Sequence record: NC_049340.1
Reading direction: 5' to 3' (one strand)
DNA: 64,000 nt
Shown here in pieces: positions 52,601 to 63,358 of this stretch; position 1 is the first letter of the stretch, and each line of letters opens with the position of its first letter. The notes beneath the pieces are model-generated. The model searched no databases and was not told the origin of the DNA. It was given only the letters and a program-made list of their open reading frames with translations. The position numbers and the translations under genes are program-made.

Positions 52601-53590
52601 TAATGTATATCAATTATTCAAATCAGACCCAAAAACATTTGATACAAACAACATAGTTATATTTCAAAGGCAATTGCATATGAGAACGCAACATATAAAA
52701 AGATTGTATCAGCAAGTAGTAACAACGCAAGATATAGAGAACTATCAACAGCTAATATAGTTACTTTAATAAAGTCTAGAGACATTAAACAAACAACAGA
52801 TGGTAATAAGCAAACATATATAAGATGTGGAGTTATTGACCCATCAAAAACTGCTATAGCGGTATCATTAACATCTAGTGGTAATACATTAAGCAAATTA
52901 TCAAATTCTTATATATTTCCTATAATTAGATATGATGGAGATTATCAACCACAAACGGAAGTGTTGTTAGAGTTTGGTTCTGATGATAGATATAGTAGAA
53001 TATTTTCAAGGGAGTTGGTACAAACCAATAGAAACCGATTAAGTATTTCTAGATTATCAACAACATTAGATAGGACTAATAAATACAAAGAAACGTATCT
53101 AAGGGATATTATGTTTTCTAATTTTTATCAATACTCATCACCATCAAACAATAATGATTTACAATCAAGAAAGGGTTTACCATGGATTTCAAATTGTATG
53201 GAATTTAGGTCATACACTTCAATTGTTTTAAATTCAAGTGAGGTTTTGAATTTAAACATAACAAAGAGTGATGAAAATGATTTAGCGACAGATTTAATTG
53301 AGCAATTAAAAATATATTGTCCATTATCTGAGTTTACATTAACTAGTGAAATTAAAAGAGACATTTTAAACCTTAAATACGATGTATCTAATTTAACCGA
53401 ACCTAACTACAATATACAGAATGAAATTGTATCAAATTTCATTAAGAATACTTTTTTATCTGTATATGAATTGGAAAGTGTTCAACTTGTTGATGAAATT
53501 TTCGTAAACTTTGTTGTATATGATTCTATACTAAACATATTAGATTCTGTTCCTAATGGAACTAATTTAAACTTAACATTTAGAAGATAA
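49698..53590 (+). CDS. Large virion/baseplate protein (~1300 aa); frameshift at ~52660 joins the ORF-track pieces
   Basis: Second frame SKAIAYENATYKK...IIRYDGDY runs into the 52961 ORF. Confidence 0.6.
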
Positions 53591-53593
53591 CAT

Positions 53594-54324
53594 ATGGCAA
53601 GAATAAAACTTGGTGGAAAGTCAAGGTTCGACAGCATTGTAAATGCTGTTCGAACCGCACTTTCTCAAAGAATAAAGAAAATTGGTTATGATTTTTGGGA
53701 TGAAATGATGACCAATGAAATAGCAACTTCCCCACGACCAGCAGATAGTGCTGTTAAGTGGTATAAAAAAGATATTCGATATAATAGAGAATATTGGTTG
53801 AAGAAAGGCTTAATGAAAGCTGGTAGGTTGTATATTTTTAATTACACGCATCCTAAGTATGAAGACACTTTGGAGTTTTTTGATAAAAATCCTTTGGTAT
53901 TAAGTCTAGGTACTTTTAGAACCAAAGAGGGAAAATTAAGAAACATAGGAATTAATATGCATTTACTACCACCTAAAGTCAGGAGGCTTGTAATGTTTAC
54001 TATATTCACATCATTCAAAACACAATATAAAAAGAATTTATATGCTGATGACCCAAGAGACATACCAGCAATAAAATGGAATACCATTCATAAAATTGTT
54101 GAGAAGTATGGTACTGCATTTGCTGTTAGAATGTATATACCTGAATTACAGAAAAACATTATCGAATTTAAAGTTGAAGATATGCCTAAGGCTATATGGA
54201 TACCAAGTGCTGGATTTGTTCGAACTAATCCATATAATTAGATAAGGCTTGGAGGGCGTTTATATCAAAACGTGGAAAAATAGCAAAATTAGTTGGAAGT
54301 GAAACACATAAAAAAAGTGTTTAG
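53594..54324 (+). CDS. gp2: DNA end protector protein, gp2-like; probable frameshift at ~54237
   Basis: GRLYIFNY..PK...FFDKNPLV...GINMHLLPP. Confidence 0.8.
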
Positions 54325-54373
54325 AAAAATTCTAAACTTCTATACATAAAATATACTAAAATAGTATCTGATA

Positions 54374-56107
54374 ATGGCAAAGAAACAAAATAATGATTTA
54401 AAACTAATCCAAATACCTGGCGTAACAAACTACGACAAACTTCGTTCAAATTCTGAGAAGAAAGATAACTTTATGAAGTTTAATCCATTTGTTGCCCAAA
54501 AGTATAATGAGTTAGTTAAAAAGAATCACGAGGGAGAATCAATTCAACAAGAATATCTTGATGAACAAATATACCAACAATTTTTATTACAAAGTGGTGT
54601 ATTCAATAATTCTCGTTTTGGTAACCGTGGTAAACGAACATCCTTTTTTAATCTTGACCCAAAATCGAAACGTTCTGAACTTATACGTTTAAGTTCACAT
54701 GACCAGCTTGATGAAATTTTAACAAAATTAACGGATGAATTAGTAGTTACCGACCAACATAACACACAAGCATTAAGTGTTGAAATTGATAAAAATAAAC
54801 TAGAGGCATCTAAAATAAGTCCATCCATTATTAAGAAAATTGAAGATAGTGCATCAAGGGCATTAGATGATATTTACTACTTATATGGATTTGGTGCATT
54901 GGGTACAAAAACATCATTGTGGAATAAGGTATATTTATTTCTTATTGAGGGTAGTCAAGCATATGAAATTGTTTATGATGATATAAACAACCCAAGTAAG
55001 ATTATCGGTGTTTTGGAAATTGATAGTTTATCACTAGAAGAATTTACACATAATGGTATAAAGTACTACAGACATTATAGAGAATTAGCACAAAAAGATA
55101 AATATGTTATTTTACATGATAATCAAATAGTGCGCATTGATTGGTCTGATGGTTCACCTAATAATAGATTCTCGTATCTAGAACAATTAATAAAAGCATT
55201 CAATAATGCACGTATCATTAATGAAAGTTCTATTAGATGGACTGTAATGAACTCAATGTTCAGAATGATATTTCGTGTGCCTACACGTGGAAAGTCACGT
55301 ATAGCGAGTGCGCAAACATTAGCAACGGAAATGAATAGATTTCGTGATGATGTTGAATATGATTCTGATACTGGTGAATTGGTAGTAAATGGTAAAACTT
55401 CACCACAATTCTCAAAAGAATATTGGATGGCTGAGGGTGATAGTGGTTCACCACAAATTGATACAATTGAAAATAGTGGTACGGCATTCACAAATCCTGA
55501 AATGAATGAGCATTTTGACCGTAAACTATATAGAAATGCTAAATTACCATTCTCTAGATTTGATGCAAATTCATCTGAGGCATGGAATTTAGATACACGT
55601 AGTATGTTACGTGAAGAAATTGCATTTGGTAGTTTCTGTAACAGAATACGAGCAATATTACAAATGTTAGTTTTAAAGCCACTATACTTACAACTTGCAT
55701 TGGAAATACCTGAACTAAGGGATGACCAAAATATATTGAGTTGTATTAAAATTAGATTCAATTCATATAATGTGTTTGAAGAACTTATGAAAATGGATAT
55801 ACTACGTGAAAAGGCTGAGGGTATCCAAGCATTAAGAGAAGCATTCACCATTGAAACACCTGATGGTGCAGAAAAACCATTTTTCGCCCTAGAGTTTTTA
55901 ATACGTGAACATTTACCTGATATTGATGAAGAAAAATTAAAAATTAATAATAAGCTATTAGAAAAGGAACAAAAAGACCTTTTAGAATGGCAATCAACCA
56001 TCAACAAAATACAAGAAGAGCATCAAAGAGCATTAGCCGAAATAGCAGGTGATAATGAACTTGATGAGGATGGATTAACGTTAGGTGATGATGATGGTAT
56101 AAAATAG
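54374..56107 (+). CDS. gp20: Portal protein, gp20-like
   Basis: YLEQLIKAFN, EYWMAEG...IDTI, LYRNAKLPFSR, REEIAFGSFCNRIR. Confidence 0.9.
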   Translation: MAKKQNNDLKLIQIPGVTNYDKLRSNSEKKDNFMKFNPFVAQKYNELVKKNHEGESIQQEYLDEQIYQQFLLQSGVFNNSRFGNRGKRTSFFNLDPKSKRSELIRLSSHDQLDEILTKLTDELVVTDQHNTQALSVEIDKNKLEASKISPSIIKKIEDSASRALDDIYYLYGFGALGTKTSLWNKVYLFLIEGSQAYEIVYDDINNPSKIIGVLEIDSLSLEEFTHNGIKYYRHYRELAQKDKYVILHDNQIVRIDWSDGSPNNRFSYLEQLIKAFNNARIINESSIRWTVMNSMFRMIFRVPTRGKSRIASAQTLATEMNRFRDDVEYDSDTGELVVNGKTSPQFSKEYWMAEGDSGSPQIDTIENSGTAFTNPEMNEHFDRKLYRNAKLPFSRFDANSSEAWNLDTRSMLREEIAFGSFCNRIRAILQMLVLKPLYLQLALEIPELRDDQNILSCIKIRFNSYNVFEELMKMDILREKAEGIQALREAFTIETPDGAEKPFFALEFLIREHLPDIDEEKLKINNKLLEKEQKDLLEWQSTINKIQEEHQRALAEIAGDNELDEDGLTLGDDDGIK

Positions 56108-56113
56108 AATAAA

Positions 56114-56947
56114 ATGAACTTAGTAGATTACGCAAAAAAGAACATAAAAGCATATCACACATATAAAGGGTCAAGTAAGACAATGACCCTTTATTTTGAT
56201 GTTGAAAAATATACTGATGAAAGTTTGGGTATACCACGTACAGAAATGCCACAAATAAACTGGGAAGATTTTTTATATGCATTAACACCATTGAAAAACA
56301 AAACAAAATTATCAATGGGTGTATCGTTAGCAAAAGATTTAAAACCAACCCAAGGTGAAATAAACATCAGTAAGGTAATTCGAAATATTATAAAAGGTAA
56401 AGAATTTAACCAAGGATATACTTTTATAGTTGATAAAGATTATAGAATTATAGATGGACACCACAAACATGTTCAATTATTAATTCAAGAACCAAGCTGT
56501 GTAGTTAATTACGTTAGATTTGAAGAACTTTCAGCACCGAAAGTAATAGATTTACTTAATAACATATTATATTGTCCTAAAGTTGACCTAAATGATAATA
56601 TAATTGAATCGCTTTTAGAATCTTATGGGCAACAACCACCATCAGCTAGTGTTGGTATGGGTGCTGTAGAATTACCTAAAGTATCAACATCAACCGCACA
56701 AGCAATGAATCCTGATAATCGTGGTAGTGGTGATGTTCCATCACCACAAAAGAACAAGAAATATGCTGAACATAAACCAGCAAATGAATCACGTGGTGTT
56801 AATAGATTTTACACTAGTGAATACTTAAAGAAATTATCAAAAGATACTAAAAAAGCTATAACACAACACAAACAAAATATAAATGTTTTGAACCTGCCTT
56901 TAGATGAAAATCACCCATTAGCATCAATAATGGACTTACATTTATAA
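56114..56947 (+). CDS. Protein with ParB/Srx-like domain
   Basis: FIVDKDYRIIDGHH. Confidence 0.55.
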   Translation: MNLVDYAKKNIKAYHTYKGSSKTMTLYFDVEKYTDESLGIPRTEMPQINWEDFLYALTPLKNKTKLSMGVSLAKDLKPTQGEINISKVIRNIIKGKEFNQGYTFIVDKDYRIIDGHHKHVQLLIQEPSCVVNYVRFEELSAPKVIDLLNNILYCPKVDLNDNIIESLLESYGQQPPSASVGMGAVELPKVSTSTAQAMNPDNRGSGDVPSPQKNKKYAEHKPANESRGVNRFYTSEYLKKLSKDTKKAITQHKQNINVLNLPLDENHPLASIMDLHL

Positions 56948-57097
56948 AAAATTCAAAATATTTTTAACTTTTTCTAAAATTTTATTTTAGATTTTCCATA
57001 TATCAGATTATTTTAAAATCCACTCTTATTTTTAAGGGTGGATTTTTTTGTGTTCTATACATATTATCAATAAAAAAATAACTTAACATATAACGAT

Positions 57098-58867
57098 ATG
57101 AAAAAACTAATTGTAGAAGTTTGGAAAAATAGCGGACTGAAACAAGTACAGACCAATAACGTTCCTGAGGGAATGATGATGGTTGAGGGTGTTATGGGTC
57201 GTGTTGATACCATGAACAGAAACAATCGTTTTTATCCGAAAGGTGAATATCGCAGACATGTTGAGGATATGACACGAAGAATCAACGAGCAAAACGGAAT
57301 CTTAGGTGAAATGGAGCATCCTAAGTCAATGAATATCAATCTTAACAATGTATCACACAAGGTTATGGATGTTCGTATTGATGAGGATGGATTCGTAAGA
57401 GGTAATATTTTATTACTTGATACACCAAAAGGTAAAATTGCTCAATCTATCGTTCGTAGCGGTTCACCATTACCTATTTCAAGTAGAGGTATTGGAATGA
57501 CTTCTAAGGATGGTGCAGTAACATTAGAGTACATGGCAACTTATGATTTAGTTGGTACTGCTGGTTTTGCTGAAACTGGACTTAAAGCAATTAGTGAATC
57601 TGCTGACGAAAATGGAAATGTTGTTTCTGAGTTCTACGAATATAATGTAGATGGTAATGGTGATGTAATTACCGAAAGTGCTTTACAATTTGTTGTAGAA
57701 TCTGTAGAGGCTAAATTAGTAGCTAAATACGATAATATTTTAGGTGCTAAATCTACATTAAGTGAAGAGCGTGTACAAGAAATTGTAAGTGAGCAATTCA
57801 CCAAAAACGTAGACCAAGTTAAGTCATTTGTTTCTGAAAATGTTAACGAAAATGCAGAACAAACGGTGACATTAACTGAAAGTCAAATCCAAGAAATCAT
57901 TGACCAAAGGTTCTTGAATATTCAAGTTCCTATCATTGAAAAATGGGCGGTTACTCATATGCTGCCAAAGTCTGCCGAAATTCAAGAAAACTGGATACGA
58001 ACCACGTTCACAAAAGAATTATCTGAGGGTATTGAAAAATGGATATTAGAATCTATTTTACCAAAACAAGCAGAAATTACTGAAAGCTGGATTAAATATG
58101 ATTTCACAAAAGAATTATCTGAGGGTATTGAAAAATGGATTAAAACCGACTACACTAAGCAACTTAGTGAAAGTATGGAAAACTGGTTAAAATCTGACTT
58201 TACTGTATCACTTTGTGAGGGTGTTGAATCATACATTAATGAGTCTAGCAAAGAGGTTAAATCATTAATTAGTGAAATGAAACACGACAAAGAAGATAAA
58301 GAAGATAAGAAAGACAAAGATAAGAAAGACATCAAAGAGGGTGAAGAAATTCATAAAAGACCTGCTGGTGTTAAAGATGGTGAAGAGGGTGATGAATTAA
58401 CAAACGAAAATGTTAATGAAGCTGTTAACGAAACACCAAATAAATCTGTAGTATCAACTCTCTTAGAAAGTTTACAAGCTAAAATTAACGAGGCTAAAGC
58501 TAAGAGAGTTGAAGCAGAAAAGGCAAACGATGATAAAGATAAGGAGGACGATAATAAAGATAAGGAATTAAACGAATCTTTCGCTGGTCAACCTAAATAT
58601 ATCACGGCAATGCCTCACCGTTATCACCACATTTGGAAATGTTTAAATGAATCACAAAAATCAACAATCCACAGAAGAGCATCTATTAGAATGATGAATA
58701 CAAATGAGGATATTGAAGTATTTTGGGATAGTTTACAACTAACAAATGAAACTTTAAATATTAAAGAGGGTACTAAAGCATATTTCAGAACAGTAAATGA
58801 GGCTGTAGGTGAAGTACCAAACAAAACTAGAGCATCATTAGCTAGTATGGCTAAAGAAATGCGCTAA
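57098..58867 (+). CDS. gp21: Prohead protease (gp21-like) fused to scaffolding (gp22-like) region
   Basis: NRNNRFYP, GEMEHP, LLDTPKGKI, ISSRGIG, YDLV; acidic helical repeats downstream. Confidence 0.85.
   Translation: MKKLIVEVWKNSGLKQVQTNNVPEGMMMVEGVMGRVDTMNRNNRFYPKGEYRRHVEDMTRRINEQNGILGEMEHPKSMNINLNNVSHKVMDVRIDEDGFVRGNILLLDTPKGKIAQSIVRSGSPLPISSRGIGMTSKDGAVTLEYMATYDLVGTAGFAETGLKAISESADENGNVVSEFYEYNVDGNGDVITESALQFVVESVEAKLVAKYDNILGAKSTLSEERVQEIVSEQFTKNVDQVKSFVSENVNENAEQTVTLTESQIQEIIDQRFLNIQVPIIEKWAVTHMLPKSAEIQENWIRTTFTKELSEGIEKWILESILPKQAEITESWIKYDFTKELSEGIEKWIKTDYTKQLSESMENWLKSDFTVSLCEGVESYINESSKEVKSLISEMKHDKEDKEDKKDKDKKDIKEGEEIHKRPAGVKDGEEGDELTNENVNEAVNETPNKSVVSTLLESLQAKINEAKAKRVEAEKANDDKDKEDDNKDKELNESFAGQPKYITAMPHRYHHIWKCLNESQKSTIHRRASIRMMNTNEDIEVFWDSLQLTNETLNIKEGTKAYFRTVNEAVGEVPNKTRASLASMAKEMR
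58007..58140 (+). repeat. 38-bp exact direct repeat in the scaffold region (58007-58044, 58103-58140)
   Basis: ttcacaaaagaattatctgagggtattgaaaaatggat twice, 96 bp apart. Confidence 0.9.
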
Positions 58868-58936
58868 TTTTTAACGCTGATACATAAATTATAATAATCA
58901 GTACATAAACAATTTTAATCGAAAAATAACACGAAA

Positions 58937-60787
58937 ATGCAATATCGTACAATTAACAAAAAGAATGCACGTCAAAACTGGGGTGCGCAAATTACAGAAT
59001 CTACTGGAATTAAATCTGACGAAAAATTACAATGGATGTCTGAAATGTTAACTATTAACGAAAATATGTTAACATTAGAGGGTGGAATTATTAATGAATC
59101 TTATGGTTCACAAGGCCCGGAAGCTGTACCTGGGATGGGTGCTGTAAAATTACCCTCTGTTTCTCAAAATGCTAGTGGTATTTTAAACCAAACTGGTAGA
59201 GGTTCAGGAGATTTCGCACAAAGAGCATTAGCAATGAGTTTAAATGTTGCTGCTTATACTATCGGTTTAGAACTACTTCCTATAATTCCAATGGAGTTCC
59301 CATCTATCATGTTCGGATACTTAGACCACGTATATGCTTCAAGATTTGATACTAACAAAGCTAGTCAAGGTTCAACTGAAATATTTATCCAATTAGAGGG
59401 TGATTTAGCTGGATATGCTAAAGGTGCTTACTCTAAATTACAAGCTGGTGATAAAGTATTCTTAGGTCATATTCCTACTGCTGGTGCAACTGCCTTAGCT
59501 GGACATAATGTATCTAACGTACCTTACGGAACTTTCTTAGGTAAACATAGAGTAAATGGCGAGCCAATTATCCGTTGGGAGGGTGCTGTATCATTAACTG
59601 GTGTTGGTGCTACTGGTGCTGTAAGAACTTATACTTTATCTTCTATTTCTGATATCGCACCTAATACTGCTTTAAAGGTTGCAAGTGGTGCTGGATATGA
59701 GTGGGCATTAATTAAAGGAACTGCTGGTGGTACTTCTGAAACTGTAATTGATGCATCTAATGCAATCCAATTAACTGACCAATATGTTGCTGGTGATAAC
59801 AAATCTGTAAGTGGTGATTTAGTATCAGCTGTAGATATGCATATCCCTGAATTTAGTAAGCCAGGTGCTAGTTATGATGGTAAAGAAGACTTAAAAGCAA
59901 CTCGTGAAAGAGGTGAAAAAGGAACTCAAAACATCATTTCATTAAGATTATTCAGTACTTCGGTAGAGGCTGGAACAATCGAAGTATTGGCTGAAATTAC
60001 TAAGACTCAACTAAGAGACTTAATGGCTTACGGTCAAGATGGTATGGGTCAACTTTACAAGTCAGCCCAGAATGAGCTTAGTCAGACACTCAATGATGAT
60101 ATTTTAAGAACTATGTTCAAATTAGGTGTAACTTCTCACGTTAAGTTAAAGAATGCACAAGGATTGAACTTAAACTTATTATTTTCTGACCCAGGTACTA
60201 CTGCAAACAAAGCATTAACTGCATTTGGTACTAAGAAGTTTGTTGATATCAATGATGTTGATAGAACTGCCGAGTTTGGAAATATCCCAACTGTTGATGC
60301 AAACACTTCAAGTGAGAACTATGGTTCTAGAGCAAGACGTTTAGCAACTCGTATCTTATATGCATCTAACGTAATTAATACTGTTGGTCGTCATGGTGGT
60401 GGAAACTTCATCGTAACTAACACAACTGTTGCAACTGCTTTACAAGAGGCTAAAGGATATAGAGAATTAGCATTAGATAACGATTTATTTGTTAACAACG
60501 TTAACTTATATCAAGTTGGTACATTACATGGTGGTATCCGTGTTTATGTTGACCCAAAAATGAGTTTCACAGATAATAGAATCTTAGTTGGTAGAAAGGG
60601 TACTGAGCAAGATCCTGGTCTTAAATTATTTGTTTACGCATTAGCTGAGAGCATCGAAACTATTTCTGAGAGTTCTATGAGTCCTAAAATTTGTATTACT
60701 TCTCGTTACGCATTAGTTCCTGCTGGAATGCACGCTGAGGCGCAATACTTAACTTTCGCAGTTAACAACGAATTTGGAATGGCTTAA
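58937..60787 (+). CDS. gp23: Major capsid protein, gp23-like
   Basis: DLMAYG, ELSQTLNDDIL, GGNFIVT, VGTLHGGIRVYVDP, SRYALV; optimal codons. Confidence 0.9.
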   Translation: MQYRTINKKNARQNWGAQITESTGIKSDEKLQWMSEMLTINENMLTLEGGIINESYGSQGPEAVPGMGAVKLPSVSQNASGILNQTGRGSGDFAQRALAMSLNVAAYTIGLELLPIIPMEFPSIMFGYLDHVYASRFDTNKASQGSTEIFIQLEGDLAGYAKGAYSKLQAGDKVFLGHIPTAGATALAGHNVSNVPYGTFLGKHRVNGEPIIRWEGAVSLTGVGATGAVRTYTLSSISDIAPNTALKVASGAGYEWALIKGTAGGTSETVIDASNAIQLTDQYVAGDNKSVSGDLVSAVDMHIPEFSKPGASYDGKEDLKATRERGEKGTQNIISLRLFSTSVEAGTIEVLAEITKTQLRDLMAYGQDGMGQLYKSAQNELSQTLNDDILRTMFKLGVTSHVKLKNAQGLNLNLLFSDPGTTANKALTAFGTKKFVDINDVDRTAEFGNIPTVDANTSSENYGSRARRLATRILYASNVINTVGRHGGGNFIVTNTTVATALQEAKGYRELALDNDLFVNNVNLYQVGTLHGGIRVYVDPKMSFTDNRILVGRKGTEQDPGLKLFVYALAESIETISESSMSPKICITSRYALVPAGMHAEAQYLTFAVNNEFGMA

Positions 60788-60807
60788 TAGCAATTTAAAT
60801 TTAATAT

Positions 60808-60839
60808 AAAAAACACCACGCAAATTGCGTGGTGTTTTT
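60808..60839. terminator. Intrinsic terminator after capsid gene
   Basis: aaaaacaccacgc-aaatt-gcgtggtgttttt. Confidence 0.85.
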
Positions 60840-60855
60840 CTTTTTATTATATTTG
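60825..60855 (+). promoter_or_regulatory. Bacteroidota sigma70-type promoter for the endonuclease gene
   Basis: TTG-N20-TATATTTG. Confidence 0.6.
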
Positions 60856-60876
60856 TACATAATTAAAAGAATATAA

Positions 60877-62507
60877 ATGACCAATAAAGAATATATAGAT
60901 AAACTACAAAATAGATATGGTGATAAATATGATTACTCTAAAGTTGATTTTACATCATTTAGAAAGAGTGTAGTATTGGTATGTAATGATACTAGTGAAG
61001 AAATAGTAGTTAATTCTAGAACAATTCTTACAGGTGGTGATAAGAATAATACAAAAAACACAACAACAATAATAAAATTCCAAGTGATTTTTCATTAAGG
61101 TTAGAACTTATGCATGATGATAAGTATGAAATTATTAGTGAATATATATCATTTAATAAACCTGTTGATGTTATGTGTAAAAATCATGGAATATTCAATT
61201 CAACACCAAGAAAGTTATTGAATAATGTACATCCATGTAAAGCATGTAAAGTTGATAAAATAACAAAAGATTTTATTGAATTAATTGAACCTAAATTTGG
61301 TTATAAGTATGACCTATCTAAAGTTGTGTATACAAAAAAGAATTGTGATATTATACTAGGTTGTAAAGAGCATGGTGATTTTACAATAAATTCTAGAAAG
61401 GTTAGAGTAAATAAATCAACTACTGAATTATGTCCAACATGCTTAAATTCTAATGAAATAAAAACAACAAAATACAAAGAACGGTTTTCAAAATTATATC
61501 CTGATTATGATTTTTCTTTATTTGAATTTAAAGATACCAATAAAAATAAAGGTACTGTTATCTGTAAAGAACATGGGAAGTTTGAAAAAAGAATAGATAA
61601 ACTACATTATCAAGGATGTCCACAATGTTCAATGGAATCAATGGTTTCAAAATCCGAATTAGAAATATTAGAGTTCATTAAAGAAAATTATACAGGAAAT
61701 ATAATCCATAGTGATAGAAGTATTATACCGCCACTAGAGTTGGATATTTACTTACCTGAAATTAATCTTGCTATTGAATTTGATGGTTTATATTGGCATT
61801 CCACCGCAGTACAACAGGATAAAAAATATCATTCAAATAAAACCAAACAATGTTCTGAATTAGGTGTTCAGTTAATACACATATTCGAGGATGAATGGTT
61901 ACATAAAGAAGCCATAGTAAAGTCTAGAATAATCAATGCAATTAAACAAACACCTGAGCGAATATATGCACGTAAATGTGTTATTAAAGAGGTTACATCC
62001 ACAGAATCTATGAAGTTCCAAAAGGATAATCACATTCAAGGTGGTGTTGGTTCTAAATATAAACTTGGGTTGTATTATAACGATGAGTTGGTATCATTAA
62101 TGACTTTTGGTAACCTTAGAGTAGTTAATGGAAGTAAATCAACACCAAACACATTTGAGTTGTTGAGATTCTGTAATAAACTAAACACAACAGTTATAGG
62201 TGGTGCATCACGTTTATTAAAACACTTTATAAAAATCATAAAACCAACTACGATAATTAGTTATTCAGACCGTAGGTGGTCGAATGGAAACTTATACAAA
62301 CAATTAGGTTTTGAATATGTACATACAAGTGAACCTAGTTATAGTTATGTAATAAATGATACACGTGAGCATAGGTTCAAATACAGGAAGAGTAATTTAG
62401 TTAAACAAGGTCACGACCCAAAATTAACGGAAAAACAAATAACAGAATCATTGGGATTATATAGAATATATGATTGTGGAACTGATAAGTGGATTTTAAA
62501 TTTATAA
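60877..62507 (+). mobile_element. Free-standing putative homing endonuclease (Zn-finger-like repeats plus Vsr-like domain); frameshift ~61050
   Basis: KYDYSKV..., CKEHGxF repeats, ELDIYLPEINLAIEFDGLYWHS, RIYDCG. Confidence 0.75.
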
Positions 62508-62526
62508 TACATATTTATAAATATAT

Positions 62527-62630
62527 AATATTAATGTGATTACTCTACAGTCCATATCAAGATGAGAGAACATCCGAAATAACACAGAGGGTAAGCGGTA
62601 GAGGCACTTACAAAAAATCACATTAATATT
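62527..62630 (+). ncRNA. Candidate small structured RNA with pseudoknot potential
   Basis: 15-bp terminal inverted repeat, two internal hairpins; late-type motif 62506-62513 upstream. Confidence 0.45.
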
Positions 62631-62665
62631 TTCAATAAATATTTTTTTATTTAAAAAATGTTTTA

Positions 62666-62673
62666 TATATTTG
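62666..62673 (+). promoter_or_regulatory. Bacteroidota -7 promoter element
   Basis: TATATTTG ~40 nt before ATG 62714. Confidence 0.5.
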
Positions 62674-62713
62674 TCAAGTAATTATTCCGATAGGGATTTA
62701 AATAACTTAAAAA

Positions 62714-63358
62714 ATGAAAAAATTTGATATAAAAGTATTAGTTGTGTTTATTGCATGTCTTGTTAGTTTAGCATTTATGAACCACGATGCAGAACCAATT
62801 AACAGGTATCAAAAGCAGGTAGTTAAAGAGGTTGTAAAACCTGTACCAGCAGATTTGGTTGATATATGTCCGAAATGAAGAGTTGAACCACTAATGTTAG
62901 TGGATGACTCTTTTGAACGATTTAAGTTTATGGTTGGTTATAGAGAATCATCAAATAACTACAAAGCTGAAAATCAATATGGGTATATCGGCAAGTACCA
63001 ATTTGGTAAAAGTGCTTTAAGAGAACTAGGTATTAAATGTTCAAAAGAAGAATTTAAAAATAATCCTAGACTTCAAGAGAAAGCATTTGAATCATTATTA
63101 TCTATAAATAAATATAGATTACGAAAATATATGCATTATGTTGGTAAAACAATTAATGGTATTAAAGTAACCGAAAGTGGTTTATTAGCATCAGCACATT
63201 TGGTTGGTGTTGGTAATGTAAAAAAATGGTTACGTTCACATGGTCGTGATGTTAAACGTGATGGAAATGGTACATCGTTAGAAGAATATATGGATTTATT
63301 TGGTGGGTTTAGAACATACAAGATTATTCCCAAGAGAAAGATAAAATTTAATCGTTAA
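62714..63358 (+). CDS. Lysozyme-like/transglycosylase protein with N-terminal signal/TM; in-frame TGA at 62876-62878
   Basis: YRESSNNY..N..GYIGKYQFG, SGLLASAHLVG, DGNGTS; 62714 and 62894 are in the same frame. Confidence 0.7.

Noticed and set aside
49698-53590. Programmed frameshift or split in the large virion protein
   Set aside because: One added T in a short run restores the frame; no slippery heptamer seen.
62560-62580. Hammerhead ribozyme core (GATGAG...CGAAA)
   Set aside because: Lacks the CUGAUGA start and a proper stem II between the conserved segments.
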